Positions 39,901 through 48,407 of a stretch of 56,595 nucleotides of DNA are shown here, piece after piece. The notes beneath the pieces were generated by a model. The model saw only the letters and a list, made by a program, of their open reading frames with translations. It was not told the DNA's origin and did not search any database. Position numbers and translations under genes: made by a program. Source of the DNA: an uncultured Clostridia bacterium (GTDB lineage Bacteria; Bacillota; Clostridia; Oscillospirales; CAG-272); NCBI GenBank assembly GCA_947573405.1, contig CANPFW010000003.1, positions 1 through 56,595 on the forward strand, read 5' to 3'. How positions within the stretch are numbered: position 1 is the stretch's first letter; each line of letters begins with the position of its first letter.

Positions 39901-41451
39901 ATGGATGAATACAACAATAATAACATGAATCCTATGTCAGATCCCCAGCCGGATTCTGCACATTCTGATCCTTTGCATCAGAACGAAGGCGGGGAAAATC
40001 GCCCGCCGGAAAGTGTGCGTTCGGAGCCTTCCGCTTGGAATCATTGGCCAAACCCGGATCCAAAGCCAATGCAGAATGTGCAAAGTGAGGGAGCGCGGAA
40101 CTCCAATATAGCAGACAGCGATCCTGCACGCCATCCGGAATATACCCGGTATACGTCGCTGAACGGTTTACAGGACCAGAATAATGGCACGTTTAATCCG
40201 GCGTTTATACAGAAAAGCGAGTCCGGAGAATATCGGTATCACCCGCCGTATGCGGCACCGGAATTGGGCGGAAACGATTCGAAACGCAGAAAAGAGAAGC
40301 AGCGAAAAAAGAAATCCGGCGGCGGTATTGCTTTAATTGTAGCGGCAGGTCTGTTGCTTTCCTTTGGAACCGGACTTGGCGGCGCATATTTTGGAATTTC
40401 CCTTGCCGAAGGAGCGGGCAGTTCCGGAAACGACCCGCTGGTGATTCATAAAACTGCAGTTATAGCTGATGCCGACGGGAATGAGATCAAAGGCGCGCTG
40501 ACCCAGGATCAGGTATACGATATTGTACAAAACAGCGTGGTGGAAATTACAACGGATTTTCTCACATCTTATGGGAACTTTCAGTATGTAAACAGCGGGG
40601 CAGGCAGCGGTGTGATTATCAGTGAGGATGGATACATTGTAACCAACAATCATGTCATTACGTCTGATAATAAAGTTGCGGATACTGTTAAAGTGCGGCT
40701 GACAAACGGCACGGAATATGAAGCAAAGGTGATCGGCAGAGACGAGGATTCCGATGTGGCGCTTTTGAAAATTGAAGCGGAGGATCTGACCTATGCAGTT
40801 TTTGGAGATAGTGAAATGCTGAAGGTCGGCGAACAGGTAATGGCTGTGGGAAATCCTCTGGGACAGCTTGGCGGAACAGCAACCAGCGGTATCGTATCTG
40901 CTACGGACAGAGAAATCACCGTGGATAATACGGTGATGACGCTGATTCAAATTGATGCGGCAATCAATCCCGGCAACTCCGGCGGCGGGCTGTTCAACAT
41001 GAAAGGCGAGCTTGTTGGGATTGTCAATGCAAAATCCACCGGTACGGAGATTGAAGGACTGGGATTTGCTATTCCGATCAATGATGCATCTCATGTAATC
41101 GAGGAATTGAAAACCAACGGCTATGTAACAGGAAAGAGCTTTGTCGGTGTCAGCCTGTTTGACGCAACAGATTCCTATACGGCATATCGTTACTTCCGTT
41201 CGCAGGCTACCGGCGTATATGTAATGAAGGTTGTGGAGGGATACAACGATGCTGTTTTGCAAGTCGGTGACCGTGTGATTGCTGTAGACGGATCGGAAAT
41301 TACTTCTGCAAGTGATGTGGAGGACATTATAACGGAGCACGAAGTTGGCGATGTGCTTACCTTCACCATTTACCGCGGCGGTCAGATGATGGAGGTGCAG
41401 GTCACCTGCTACGAATATACCCCTGACACAGACGTCACATTTACAAGGTAA
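39901..41451 (+). CDS. HtrA/DegP-type trypsin-like serine protease with PDZ domain
   Basis: Catalytic triad contexts TNNHV, DVALLK, GNSGGGLFN. TM anchor IALIVAAGLLLSF. C-terminal PDZ-like region. The ORF track starts at TTG 39772; a TATAAT at 39841 favours ATG 39901. Confidence 0.8.
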   Translation: MDEYNNNNMNPMSDPQPDSAHSDPLHQNEGGENRPPESVRSEPSAWNHWPNPDPKPMQNVQSEGARNSNIADSDPARHPEYTRYTSLNGLQDQNNGTFNPAFIQKSESGEYRYHPPYAAPELGGNDSKRRKEKQRKKKSGGGIALIVAAGLLLSFGTGLGGAYFGISLAEGAGSSGNDPLVIHKTAVIADADGNEIKGALTQDQVYDIVQNSVVEITTDFLTSYGNFQYVNSGAGSGVIISEDGYIVTNNHVITSDNKVADTVKVRLTNGTEYEAKVIGRDEDSDVALLKIEAEDLTYAVFGDSEMLKVGEQVMAVGNPLGQLGGTATSGIVSATDREITVDNTVMTLIQIDAAINPGNSGGGLFNMKGELVGIVNAKSTGTEIEGLGFAIPINDASHVIEELKTNGYVTGKSFVGVSLFDATDSYTAYRYFRSQATGVYVMKVVEGYNDAVLQVGDRVIAVDGSEITSASDVEDIITEHEVGDVLTFTIYRGGQMMEVQVTCYEYTPDTDVTFTR

Positions 41452-41481
41452 GCGCTTTGCAGCAAAATCAGAGAACACCTG

Positions 41482-41531
41482 AAAAAAGCGCCGGCTGTAT
41501 TTGCGTGTATACAAATACAGCCGGGCTTTTT
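41482..41531 (+). terminator. Rho-independent (bidirectional) terminator
   Basis: gccggctgtatttg-loop-caaatacagccgggc, flanked by an A run and ttttt. Confidence 0.7.
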
Positions 41532-41570
41532 ATATGCGGAACCACCCGTTTTATGAAATAAGGAGGACTC

Positions 41571-42188
41571 ATGAAAACAGTATCTTCGCAAAAAAGCGGA
41601 TGGCTGAAATGTATTGGCGTTACGTTCTTATATTTTGTATTGATGCTCGGCGATCTTATCAGTACGTATATAGGAACACCGGATTTGTCAGAGGAATCAA
41701 ATTTTCTTGTTGCCCTGTTCGGACAAGGCTGGACGGAAATGGTCATAGGGAATTTTCTTGTTTCCATAATTATTTTTCTTTTGGCGTATTACACCTTTGT
41801 ACGCTATAAATCCCCCGTGATTCAGTGCGGCGGACTAAGGGAATATGTTTCCGTTATCAAATCCTCCAAGAATAAGAAGCTTTCCATAGCGCTGGCAGGA
41901 TATATATCAGTAATAGCGGGAATAGCGTTCAAAGTACTTGCAGTTGGAAGCAATTTGATTTCCCATTATATACCGGAGTTTTATCCGTGCCTGTTTTGCC
42001 TTTTAAAAGTGGCCCATACCTATTGCAATGCAATACATTTTCATACAAGCAGAGGCGTACTTCATATTCCCGTTGTTGGGCTCGGCATAATATTTATTAT
42101 AATTGCCATGACATATCATTATTGGTTTTTCAGGGAATATAAACGTAACAAGAAGGCATTAAACCGTTTGGAAAATGCGTCTGTATAA
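41571..42188 (+). CDS. Hypothetical multi-pass membrane protein
   Basis: AAGGAGG RBS; 205 aa with about 5 hydrophobic segments. Confidence 0.5.
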   Translation: MKTVSSQKSGWLKCIGVTFLYFVLMLGDLISTYIGTPDLSEESNFLVALFGQGWTEMVIGNFLVSIIIFLLAYYTFVRYKSPVIQCGGLREYVSVIKSSKNKKLSIALAGYISVIAGIAFKVLAVGSNLISHYIPEFYPCLFCLLKVAHTYCNAIHFHTSRGVLHIPVVGLGIIFIIIAMTYHYWFFREYKRNKKALNRLENASV

Positions 42189-42218
42189 ATAAGGCTGCAC
42201 TGCGGAAAAGATTTCCTA

Positions 42219-42247
42219 TTGACATTAGGAAAATTTGGTGTTATACT
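42219..42247 (+). promoter_or_regulatory. Sigma-70-type promoter of the T-box leader
   Basis: TTGACA, 17 nt spacer, TGtTATACT. Confidence 0.6.
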
Positions 42248-42253
42248 AAACTA

Positions 42254-42527
42254 TAAGCATAATCAAAGGCTATGAAGAGACGAGTAACCGGAGTTTGCAG
42301 GTATAGAGAACCGCGGATGGTGGAAACGCGGTGCGAATGCTGCGGTGAAGAACAGCTTGGAGCCTCCGTCTGAAAGCAGCAATGCAAGTAGGCGCGGACG
42401 TGGGCGGCACGTTACAGCCGCAGGATATACACGTATCTTTAAGGCGGATTTTCGGATCTATTTGGGTGGTACCGCGGAGGAATGCAGTCCTTCGTCCCTG
42501 TTTTGCAGGGGCGAAGGACTTTTTTGT
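42254..42527 (+). promoter_or_regulatory. T-box riboswitch leader (specifier loop contains GAAC)
   Basis: GA/K-turn AUGA...GA, AGUA S-turn, AGAGA box at 42305-42309, distal GGUGGAAAC. Specifier loop GAAGAACAG at 42346-42354. T-box sequence uuuGGGUGGUACCGCGg at 42461-42477. Terminator agtccttcgtccct/aggggcgaaggact plus tttttt at 42485-42527. Confidence 0.85.
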
Positions 42528-42560
42528 GCTTTACAAACTCCCTAGTAGGACAAACTAAAA

Positions 42561-42857
42561 GCTCACAGGGGAGCCTTAGAGTGTGGGTTAGACTCCTGTC
42601 AGTAAAAGGAACTGTTGTAAAGCGTGATGAGGCTCCCTTGTGCAAAGGGAGCTGCCTCCGCACAGCGGAGACTGAGGGATTGCAATGCTATCGTTTTGAA
42701 TAATCTGCAAATCGGCAAGTAATATACAAACAATCCCTCCGACTCACCTGCGGTGAGCCACCTCCCTTTGCACAAGGGAGGCTTAAAATGGGCGGGTGTT
42801 CCCCCGTCACGGCAACGCCGTGCTACTTCCCTTTACTGGGGTGAGGTTTTAATCTGG
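42561..42857. repeat. Composite nested-palindrome repeat copy lying between the T-box terminator and the aspS start codon
   Basis: F unit 42631-42682, central loop 42683-42730, R unit 42731-42785, plus related outer arms. Confidence 0.8.
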
Positions 42858-42936
42858 TCATTGGCTTCCCCAGTAAGGCTGACGGAGAAATCGTCTTACC
42901 AAATTTGTATTAACGTCATAGAAAGGCATAATCATA

Positions 42937-45024
42937 ATGATGAAAAGAACAATGTATTGCGGTCTGATACGGGAAGCCCAGATGGGAACCCGTCAGACAT
43001 GCTGCGGATGGGTGCAGACCAAACGGGACATGGGCGGCGTTGTCTTTGTAGATCTCAAGGACAGAGAAGGAATTTTGCAGGTTGTTTTTGATGCATCGGC
43101 TTTGGATGCAGATGCATTTAAAACGGCGGATGGACTGCGCAGTCAGTCTGTCATTGCAGTGTCCGGCGTGATCAGAAGGCGCAGCGAGGATACCTATAAC
43201 CCCCGCTTGGCAACAGGAACGGTTGAATTATATGCTGATTCATTGGAGCTGCTTTCTCAGGCAGAGCAGCTTCCGTTTTCCATGGATGAAAATATCAGCG
43301 TGCGGGAAGATTTGCGCCTCCGGTACCGGTATTTGGATTTACGCAGCCATACGATGCTGGAAAATCTGCGTGCACGGCATTTGGTACAGAAAGCAAGTCA
43401 GGATTATCTGGACAGTGAAGGCTTTATCTGCGTGGAAACACCTATGCTGTGTAAATCCACTCCGGAAGGTGCCCGGGATTATCTGGTGCCCAGCCGGGTG
43501 CATCAGGGATCCTTCTATGCATTGCCTCAGTCCCCTCAGATTTATAAACAGCTCCTTATGGTAGGCGGCATAGATAAATATTATCAGGTGGCACGCTGCT
43601 TCCGGGATGAGGATTTGCGTGCAGACCGGCAGCCGGAATTTACCCAGGTGGATATGGAAATGTCCTTTGTGGATCAGGAGGATATCCTCGTTCATCTTGA
43701 AAAAATGTTTAAGCATATTTTTAAAACCTATACCGGGCAGGAGATTACAGAGGCCTTCCCGCGCCTGACATGGCATGAAGCGATGGATCGCTATGGCAGC
43801 GACAAACCGGATCTGCGGTTTGATCTTCCGATTGTAGACGTAACTGACCTTGCCGCATCCTGCTCCTTCAGCGTATTCCGTTCCGTTTGTGACAGGGGCG
43901 GTGTAGTCCGAGCAATAAACGCAAAAGGCTGTGCAAACTTTACAAGAACCCAGATTGAAACGCTGACGGATAATGCGCTTTCCTACGGTGCGAAGGGAAT
44001 GGCATGGATTGCCATTCGTCCGGATGGAGAAATTTATTCGATCCTTACGAAATATTTTACCGAGGATGAAATGCGCGCGCTGCTGGACCGTATGGAAGCG
44101 GTGCCTGGAGATTTTGTGCTTTTCTCTGCGGACACCCTTGCTACTGTGCGCCGCACTCTTGGTAATCTGCGTTTGGACGTGGCGGAAATTTTGGGGCTGC
44201 GTGATAAAGAAAAATTCTCCTTCTTGTTTGTTACAGATTTCCCCCAGTTTGAATATTCCGAAGAGGAAAAACGGTACGTTTCCACCCACCATCCCTTTAC
44301 CATGCCTTATCCGGAAGATATTCAGTATCTTTTCAGTGATCCTGCAAAAGTGCGTGCGCAGGCATATGATGTGGTGCTCAACGGAATCGAACTGGGAAGC
44401 GGTTCTATCCGTATTCACCGGCAGGATATTCAGGAAAAAATGTTTGAAGCCCTTGGATTCGATAAGGAACAGATTGACAAGCGGTTTGGTTTTATGGTCA
44501 ATGCATTTCGCTACGGAACACCTCCCCACGGCGGATTTGCATTCGGGCTTGACCGTCTGGTTATGCTGCTGCTTGGCGCAGATTCCCTGCGGGATGTAAT
44601 TGCATTCCCGAAAATTAAGGACGCATCCTGTCCTATGACAGACGCGCCGACTCCTGTAGATCCGGAGCAGCTTTCCGTTTTGGGATTGGATAAGCTTTGG
44701 GAGAGGGAAGAAAGTGCAGCTTCTGAACAGAAGAAAAAAACGCCGCAAATTGATGTCCCCGCAGTGGCAGGACTTGCCCGCCTTGCTTTTACCGGCGATG
44801 AAATGCAGGGACTGCAGGCAGATATGAAAAATATTATCGCATTTGCAAATCAGCTTTCCGATGCTGACACTGCCGGCACAGCGGCGGCGGAGCATATTGT
44901 TCCTATGGAAAATGTATTTCGGCCGGATGCAGTAGACCATCCCTTTGACAGAGATGAATTACTGGCTGCTGCAAAAACCAAGGATGACGGATATATTACC
45001 GTACCCCGTGTTGTGGAGGGATAA
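42937..45024 (+). CDS. aspS: Aspartyl-tRNA synthetase fused in frame to a GatC-like C-terminal domain
   Basis: AspRS N-terminus MKRTMYCGLIRE...GWVQTKRDMGGVVFVDLKDREG. Class II motifs FRDEDLRADRQPEFTQVD and GGFAFGLDRLVM. The AspRS body ends ~aa 585, followed by a linker and 91 aa matching GatC. Confidence 0.9.
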   Translation: MMKRTMYCGLIREAQMGTRQTCCGWVQTKRDMGGVVFVDLKDREGILQVVFDASALDADAFKTADGLRSQSVIAVSGVIRRRSEDTYNPRLATGTVELYADSLELLSQAEQLPFSMDENISVREDLRLRYRYLDLRSHTMLENLRARHLVQKASQDYLDSEGFICVETPMLCKSTPEGARDYLVPSRVHQGSFYALPQSPQIYKQLLMVGGIDKYYQVARCFRDEDLRADRQPEFTQVDMEMSFVDQEDILVHLEKMFKHIFKTYTGQEITEAFPRLTWHEAMDRYGSDKPDLRFDLPIVDVTDLAASCSFSVFRSVCDRGGVVRAINAKGCANFTRTQIETLTDNALSYGAKGMAWIAIRPDGEIYSILTKYFTEDEMRALLDRMEAVPGDFVLFSADTLATVRRTLGNLRLDVAEILGLRDKEKFSFLFVTDFPQFEYSEEEKRYVSTHHPFTMPYPEDIQYLFSDPAKVRAQAYDVVLNGIELGSGSIRIHRQDIQEKMFEALGFDKEQIDKRFGFMVNAFRYGTPPHGGFAFGLDRLVMLLLGADSLRDVIAFPKIKDASCPMTDAPTPVDPEQLSVLGLDKLWEREESAASEQKKKTPQIDVPAVAGLARLAFTGDEMQGLQADMKNIIAFANQLSDADTAGTAAAEHIVPMENVFRPDAVDHPFDRDELLAAAKTKDDGYITVPRVVEG
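44749..45021 (+). other. gatC: GatC-like domain inside the aspS reading frame
   Basis: IDVPAVAGLARLAFTGDEMQGLQADMKNIIAFANQLSDADT...ENVFRPDAV...DDGYITVPRVVEG parallels canonical GatC (VAHLARLAITEEE...ISFAEELNEV..T...NVMREDE...DGYIRVP). There is no stop or Met between the AspRS and GatC parts. Confidence 0.8.
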
Positions 45025-45158
45025 GTCTGAAAGGTGAAAAAGTACAAAGTCGGGAGTCTGCTTCTTTCAGACCCGATTTGCAGCTTGCGGTCGTTGTATG
45101 ACCGCATTTCACCAGCGGTGAAACCGCCGCAAATCCAAAGAAAGGTGCAATCATAAAA

Positions 45159-46601
45159 ATGAACGAACTTATAAATAGAAGTGTGTATGACCATGCACAG
45201 TCTCTGCGTAATAAAGAATATTCGGCAATGGAACTGACTCAGGCATATATTGACGCTATCGCACAGCGGGAAGCGGAGATTCATGCGTATATTTCTACGG
45301 ATGCAGAAAATGCTTTGAAACAGGCGGTAGAGGCAGACAAGCGGATTGGTGCTGGAGAGGGAACTGCCCTTACCGGGATTCCTGCCGGAATTAAGGATAA
45401 TATGTGTACAAAAGGAATCCGTACCACCTGTGCATCGAAAATGCTGGCAGATTATGTACCACCCTACGACGCCCACGTGATCGAGCGTTTGCAGGACGAG
45501 GGATATGTGCTTCTTGGTAAGCTGAATATGGACGAGTTTGCTATGGGCTCCACCACAGAAAATTCTGCTATGGGGGTTACAAAAAACCCCTGTGATACAA
45601 CACGTGTTCCCGGCGGCTCCTCCGGCGGTTCTGCCGCCGCTGTCGCTGCATGTGAAGCTGCGTATACCCTTGGAAGCGATACCGGCGGTTCTATTCGGCA
45701 GCCTGCTGCGTTTTGCGGCGTAGTTGGAATGAAACCTACTTACGGACGGGTTTCCCGATACGGCTTAGTTGCCTTTGCATCTTCGCTGGATCAGATTGGT
45801 CCCCTCACCCGGGATGTGCGGGATAATGCGTTGGTGCTTTCGGCGATTGCCGGACATGACAAGCGGGACGCTACATCTGTGGAAATCGGCGTTGACGATT
45901 ATCTTGCTGGTTTGCAGTCCGGTGTGGCAGGTATGCGGATCGGTTTGCCGGAGGAATTCTTCGGCGATGGAATCGCCCCGGATGTAAAAGAAGCAGTGCT
46001 TGCAGCGGCAGACACGCTGGCAGCTATGGGCGCAGAACTGGTGCAGGTGAAAATGCCCTCGCTGGATCATGCTTTGTCCGCATATTATGTAATATCCTCC
46101 GCTGAAGCCTCATCCAACCTTGCCCGATTTGACGGCGTGCGTTACGGATATCGTGCGGCAGATTTTGCTGATATGGATGAATTGTATCAGAAAAGCCGCA
46201 GCGAGGGATTTGGTTCCGAGGTGAAACGGCGGATCATGCTGGGCACCTTTGCACTGTCTTCCGGTTATTATGACGCGTATTATAAAAAAGCGCTGCAGGT
46301 ACGCAGTTTGGTGCGTGCGGATTTTGATGCGGCATTTGAAAAATGCGACTGTATTTTATCACCTGTAGCGCCTACCGTTGCCTATAAAATCGGGGAAAAA
46401 ACAAGCGATCCCCTGGAAATGTATCTGGGAGATGCATACAGCGTGCCGGTGAATATTGCAGGTGTTCCTGCACTGTCGCTGCCCTGCGGTACGGGAGAAG
46501 GCGGTATGCCGGTAGGTATGCAGCTGATCGGACCGGCATTCTCCGAGGCAATGCTGTACCGTGTCGGGTATGCTTTTGAAAACAGAGGACGGGGGGAATA
46601 A
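45159..46601 (+). CDS. gatA: Asp/Glu-tRNA amidotransferase subunit A
   Basis: Amidase signature GGSSGGSAAAVA..GSDTGGSIRQPA. Confidence 0.95.
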   Translation: MNELINRSVYDHAQSLRNKEYSAMELTQAYIDAIAQREAEIHAYISTDAENALKQAVEADKRIGAGEGTALTGIPAGIKDNMCTKGIRTTCASKMLADYVPPYDAHVIERLQDEGYVLLGKLNMDEFAMGSTTENSAMGVTKNPCDTTRVPGGSSGGSAAAVAACEAAYTLGSDTGGSIRQPAAFCGVVGMKPTYGRVSRYGLVAFASSLDQIGPLTRDVRDNALVLSAIAGHDKRDATSVEIGVDDYLAGLQSGVAGMRIGLPEEFFGDGIAPDVKEAVLAAADTLAAMGAELVQVKMPSLDHALSAYYVISSAEASSNLARFDGVRYGYRAADFADMDELYQKSRSEGFGSEVKRRIMLGTFALSSGYYDAYYKKALQVRSLVRADFDAAFEKCDCILSPVAPTVAYKIGEKTSDPLEMYLGDAYSVPVNIAGVPALSLPCGTGEGGMPVGMQLIGPAFSEAMLYRVGYAFENRGRGE

Positions 46602-46604
46602 ACC

Positions 46605-48035
46605 ATGCAGATGATAAAAGATTATGAAATGGTGATTGGGTTGGAAGTTCATGTGGAGCTGAAAACGGAAACAAAGATTTTCTGCTCCTGTCCAACAACC
46701 TTTGGCGCGGCTCCCAACACGCAAACCTGTCCGGTTTGTCTGGGATTGCCGGGAACTCTGCCGGTGCTGAACGGCAAGGTAGTAGATTATGCGGTAAAGG
46801 CAGGGCTTGCTACCAATTGTACCATAGCCCGTTACTCCAAGCAGGATCGGAAAAATTATTTTTATCCCGATCTGCCTAAAGCATACCAGATTTCTCAATA
46901 TGATCTCCCTTTGTGTGAGCATGGTTGGCTGGATATTGAAACGGCAGAAGGGGCAAAACGTATTGGTATTACGCGCATCCACATTGAGGAGGATGCCGGA
47001 AAGCTGGTGCATGACGATGAAAAGGGAACAATGATTGACTGCAATCGCTGCGGTGTGCCATTGATTGAGATTGTCAGCGAGCCGGATATTCGCAGTGCCG
47101 AGGAAGCAAAGGCATATCTGCAAAAGCTGCGGGCAATTATTTTGTATACCGGTGTATCCGACTGTAAGATGAATGAAGGCTCTCTGCGGTGTGATGTGAA
47201 TTTGTCTGTACGCAAAAAAGGCACAGAAGCATTCGGAACCCGTACAGAAATGAAGAACTTGAACTCCTTCCAGTTTATTGTGAAGGCGATCGAATACGAA
47301 TATAAACGGCAGGTTGAGGCAATTGAAGCAGGGGAAAAGATTATTCAGGAGACCCGCCGCTTTGACGCAAATTCCGGAAAAACTTATTCCATGCGTACCA
47401 AGGAAAATGCAAACGACTACCGGTATTTTCCGGATCCGGACTTGCCGCCTATCAAGCTGACGGATGAAAAAATTGCAGCATTGCAGGCACAGATTCCACG
47501 TCTGCCGGATGCGCGTAAAAAAGAATATATGGAAAAGTACGGTTTGTCCGCCTATGATGGGGAAGTGCTTACCACGGATATGGCGCTGGCTGATTATTTT
47601 GAACAGGCTGCAGCAGAAACAAAGTATCCGAAACTGGTGGCAAACATGCTGCTTTCTGAAGTGATGCGTCTTGCAGACGGGGAGGACAGTATTTGTAAAA
47701 TTCTTCCGAATCGTATGGCTGCATTGGCGTCCTTATCCGGAGACGGTGTGATCAACTCTGCCACAGTGAAGAAGCTGATTAAGGAACTATGGGAAGCGGA
47801 TTTTGATGTGGAAGAGAAGGTTGTCCGTGAGGGGCTGGCACAGGTGAGCGATGAAGCGGTCATTTTGAAATGGGTGCAGGAAGCAATCCAGCAGAATCCC
47901 AAATCTGTGGCAGACTACAAAAAAGGTAAGAAGGCTGCCGCAAAAGCAATTGTCGGTAAGGTTATGGCGGTATCCGGCGGCAAAGCAAATCCTACGGTTG
48001 TCGACCGATTGGTGGAAGCACAGTTGAATCAGTAA
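46605..48035 (+). CDS. gatB: Asp/Glu-tRNA amidotransferase subunit B
   Basis: YEMVIGLEVHVELKT, CPVCLGLPGTLPVLN, YRYFPDPDLPP. Confidence 0.95.
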   Translation: MQMIKDYEMVIGLEVHVELKTETKIFCSCPTTFGAAPNTQTCPVCLGLPGTLPVLNGKVVDYAVKAGLATNCTIARYSKQDRKNYFYPDLPKAYQISQYDLPLCEHGWLDIETAEGAKRIGITRIHIEEDAGKLVHDDEKGTMIDCNRCGVPLIEIVSEPDIRSAEEAKAYLQKLRAIILYTGVSDCKMNEGSLRCDVNLSVRKKGTEAFGTRTEMKNLNSFQFIVKAIEYEYKRQVEAIEAGEKIIQETRRFDANSGKTYSMRTKENANDYRYFPDPDLPPIKLTDEKIAALQAQIPRLPDARKKEYMEKYGLSAYDGEVLTTDMALADYFEQAAAETKYPKLVANMLLSEVMRLADGEDSICKILPNRMAALASLSGDGVINSATVKKLIKELWEADFDVEEKVVREGLAQVSDEAVILKWVQEAIQQNPKSVADYKKGKKAAAKAIVGKVMAVSGGKANPTVVDRLVEAQLNQ

Positions 48036-48079
48036 AATAATTACTGCCGGCAAGGAAATTGGCATGACAGAATAATAAA

Positions 48080-48375
48080 AGGCCCCAGGGTTCGTGAAAC
48101 GAATCCTGGGCCTCCCGCGTAGAGCAAACATAATAAAGGCTCCCCCCAGCAAAGGGAGCTCCCGCGTAAGCGGGTGAGGGATTGTAATGCTGTCATTTTG
48201 CAGAAAGAATAAATCGGGCAGTGATATAGACAATCCCTCCGTCTCGCCTTCGGCGAGCCACCTCCCCTTGCACAGGGGAGGCTTACGTTTTTTGGGGGGG
48301 CAAACAATCCCGCAGTCTCCGCACAGCGGAGACTGTTCCCTATGGAACTGCGCAGCAGGTCCTCACATGGGAGCC
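48080..48375. repeat. Composite repeat-family copy
   Basis: F unit 48138-48184 (cccccagcaaaggg variant), loop 48185-48230, R unit 48231-48285. Extra units include gtctccgc-acag-gcggagac at 48315-48334 and ttccctatggaac...ctcacatg. Confidence 0.8.
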
Positions 48376-48376
48376 T

Positions 48377-48407
48377 AAAAACCATCTGCCAAGCAGGTGG
48401 TTTTTTT
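48377..48407. terminator. Bidirectional rho-independent terminator between gatB and the convergent kinase gene
   Basis: accatctgc-caa-gcaggtggt, flanked by aaaa and ttttttt. Confidence 0.7.

Noticed and set aside
42345-42545. 66-aa ORF
   Set aside because: It lies inside the T-box leader and its terminator, so it is non-coding RNA structure.
42753-43091. Small ORFs encoding ...LPLHKGGL... peptides (also 30986-31222, 48187-48378, 17427-17624, 42439-42663)
   Set aside because: They are translations of the palindromic repeat units. The shared peptide motif simply reflects the repeated DNA, and the frames and strands are inconsistent between copies.
43339-44940. 533-aa minus-strand ORF
   Set aside because: It is antisense to aspS, whose class II synthetase motifs are unambiguous, so it is a shadow ORF. 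The same reasoning applies to 38569-39819, 40333-41514, 36322-37164, 37438-38400, 27434-28375, 28966-29832, 22806-23615, 23619-24434, 32403-33146, 46359-47123, 48397-49044, 49031-49768 and 50056-51027.
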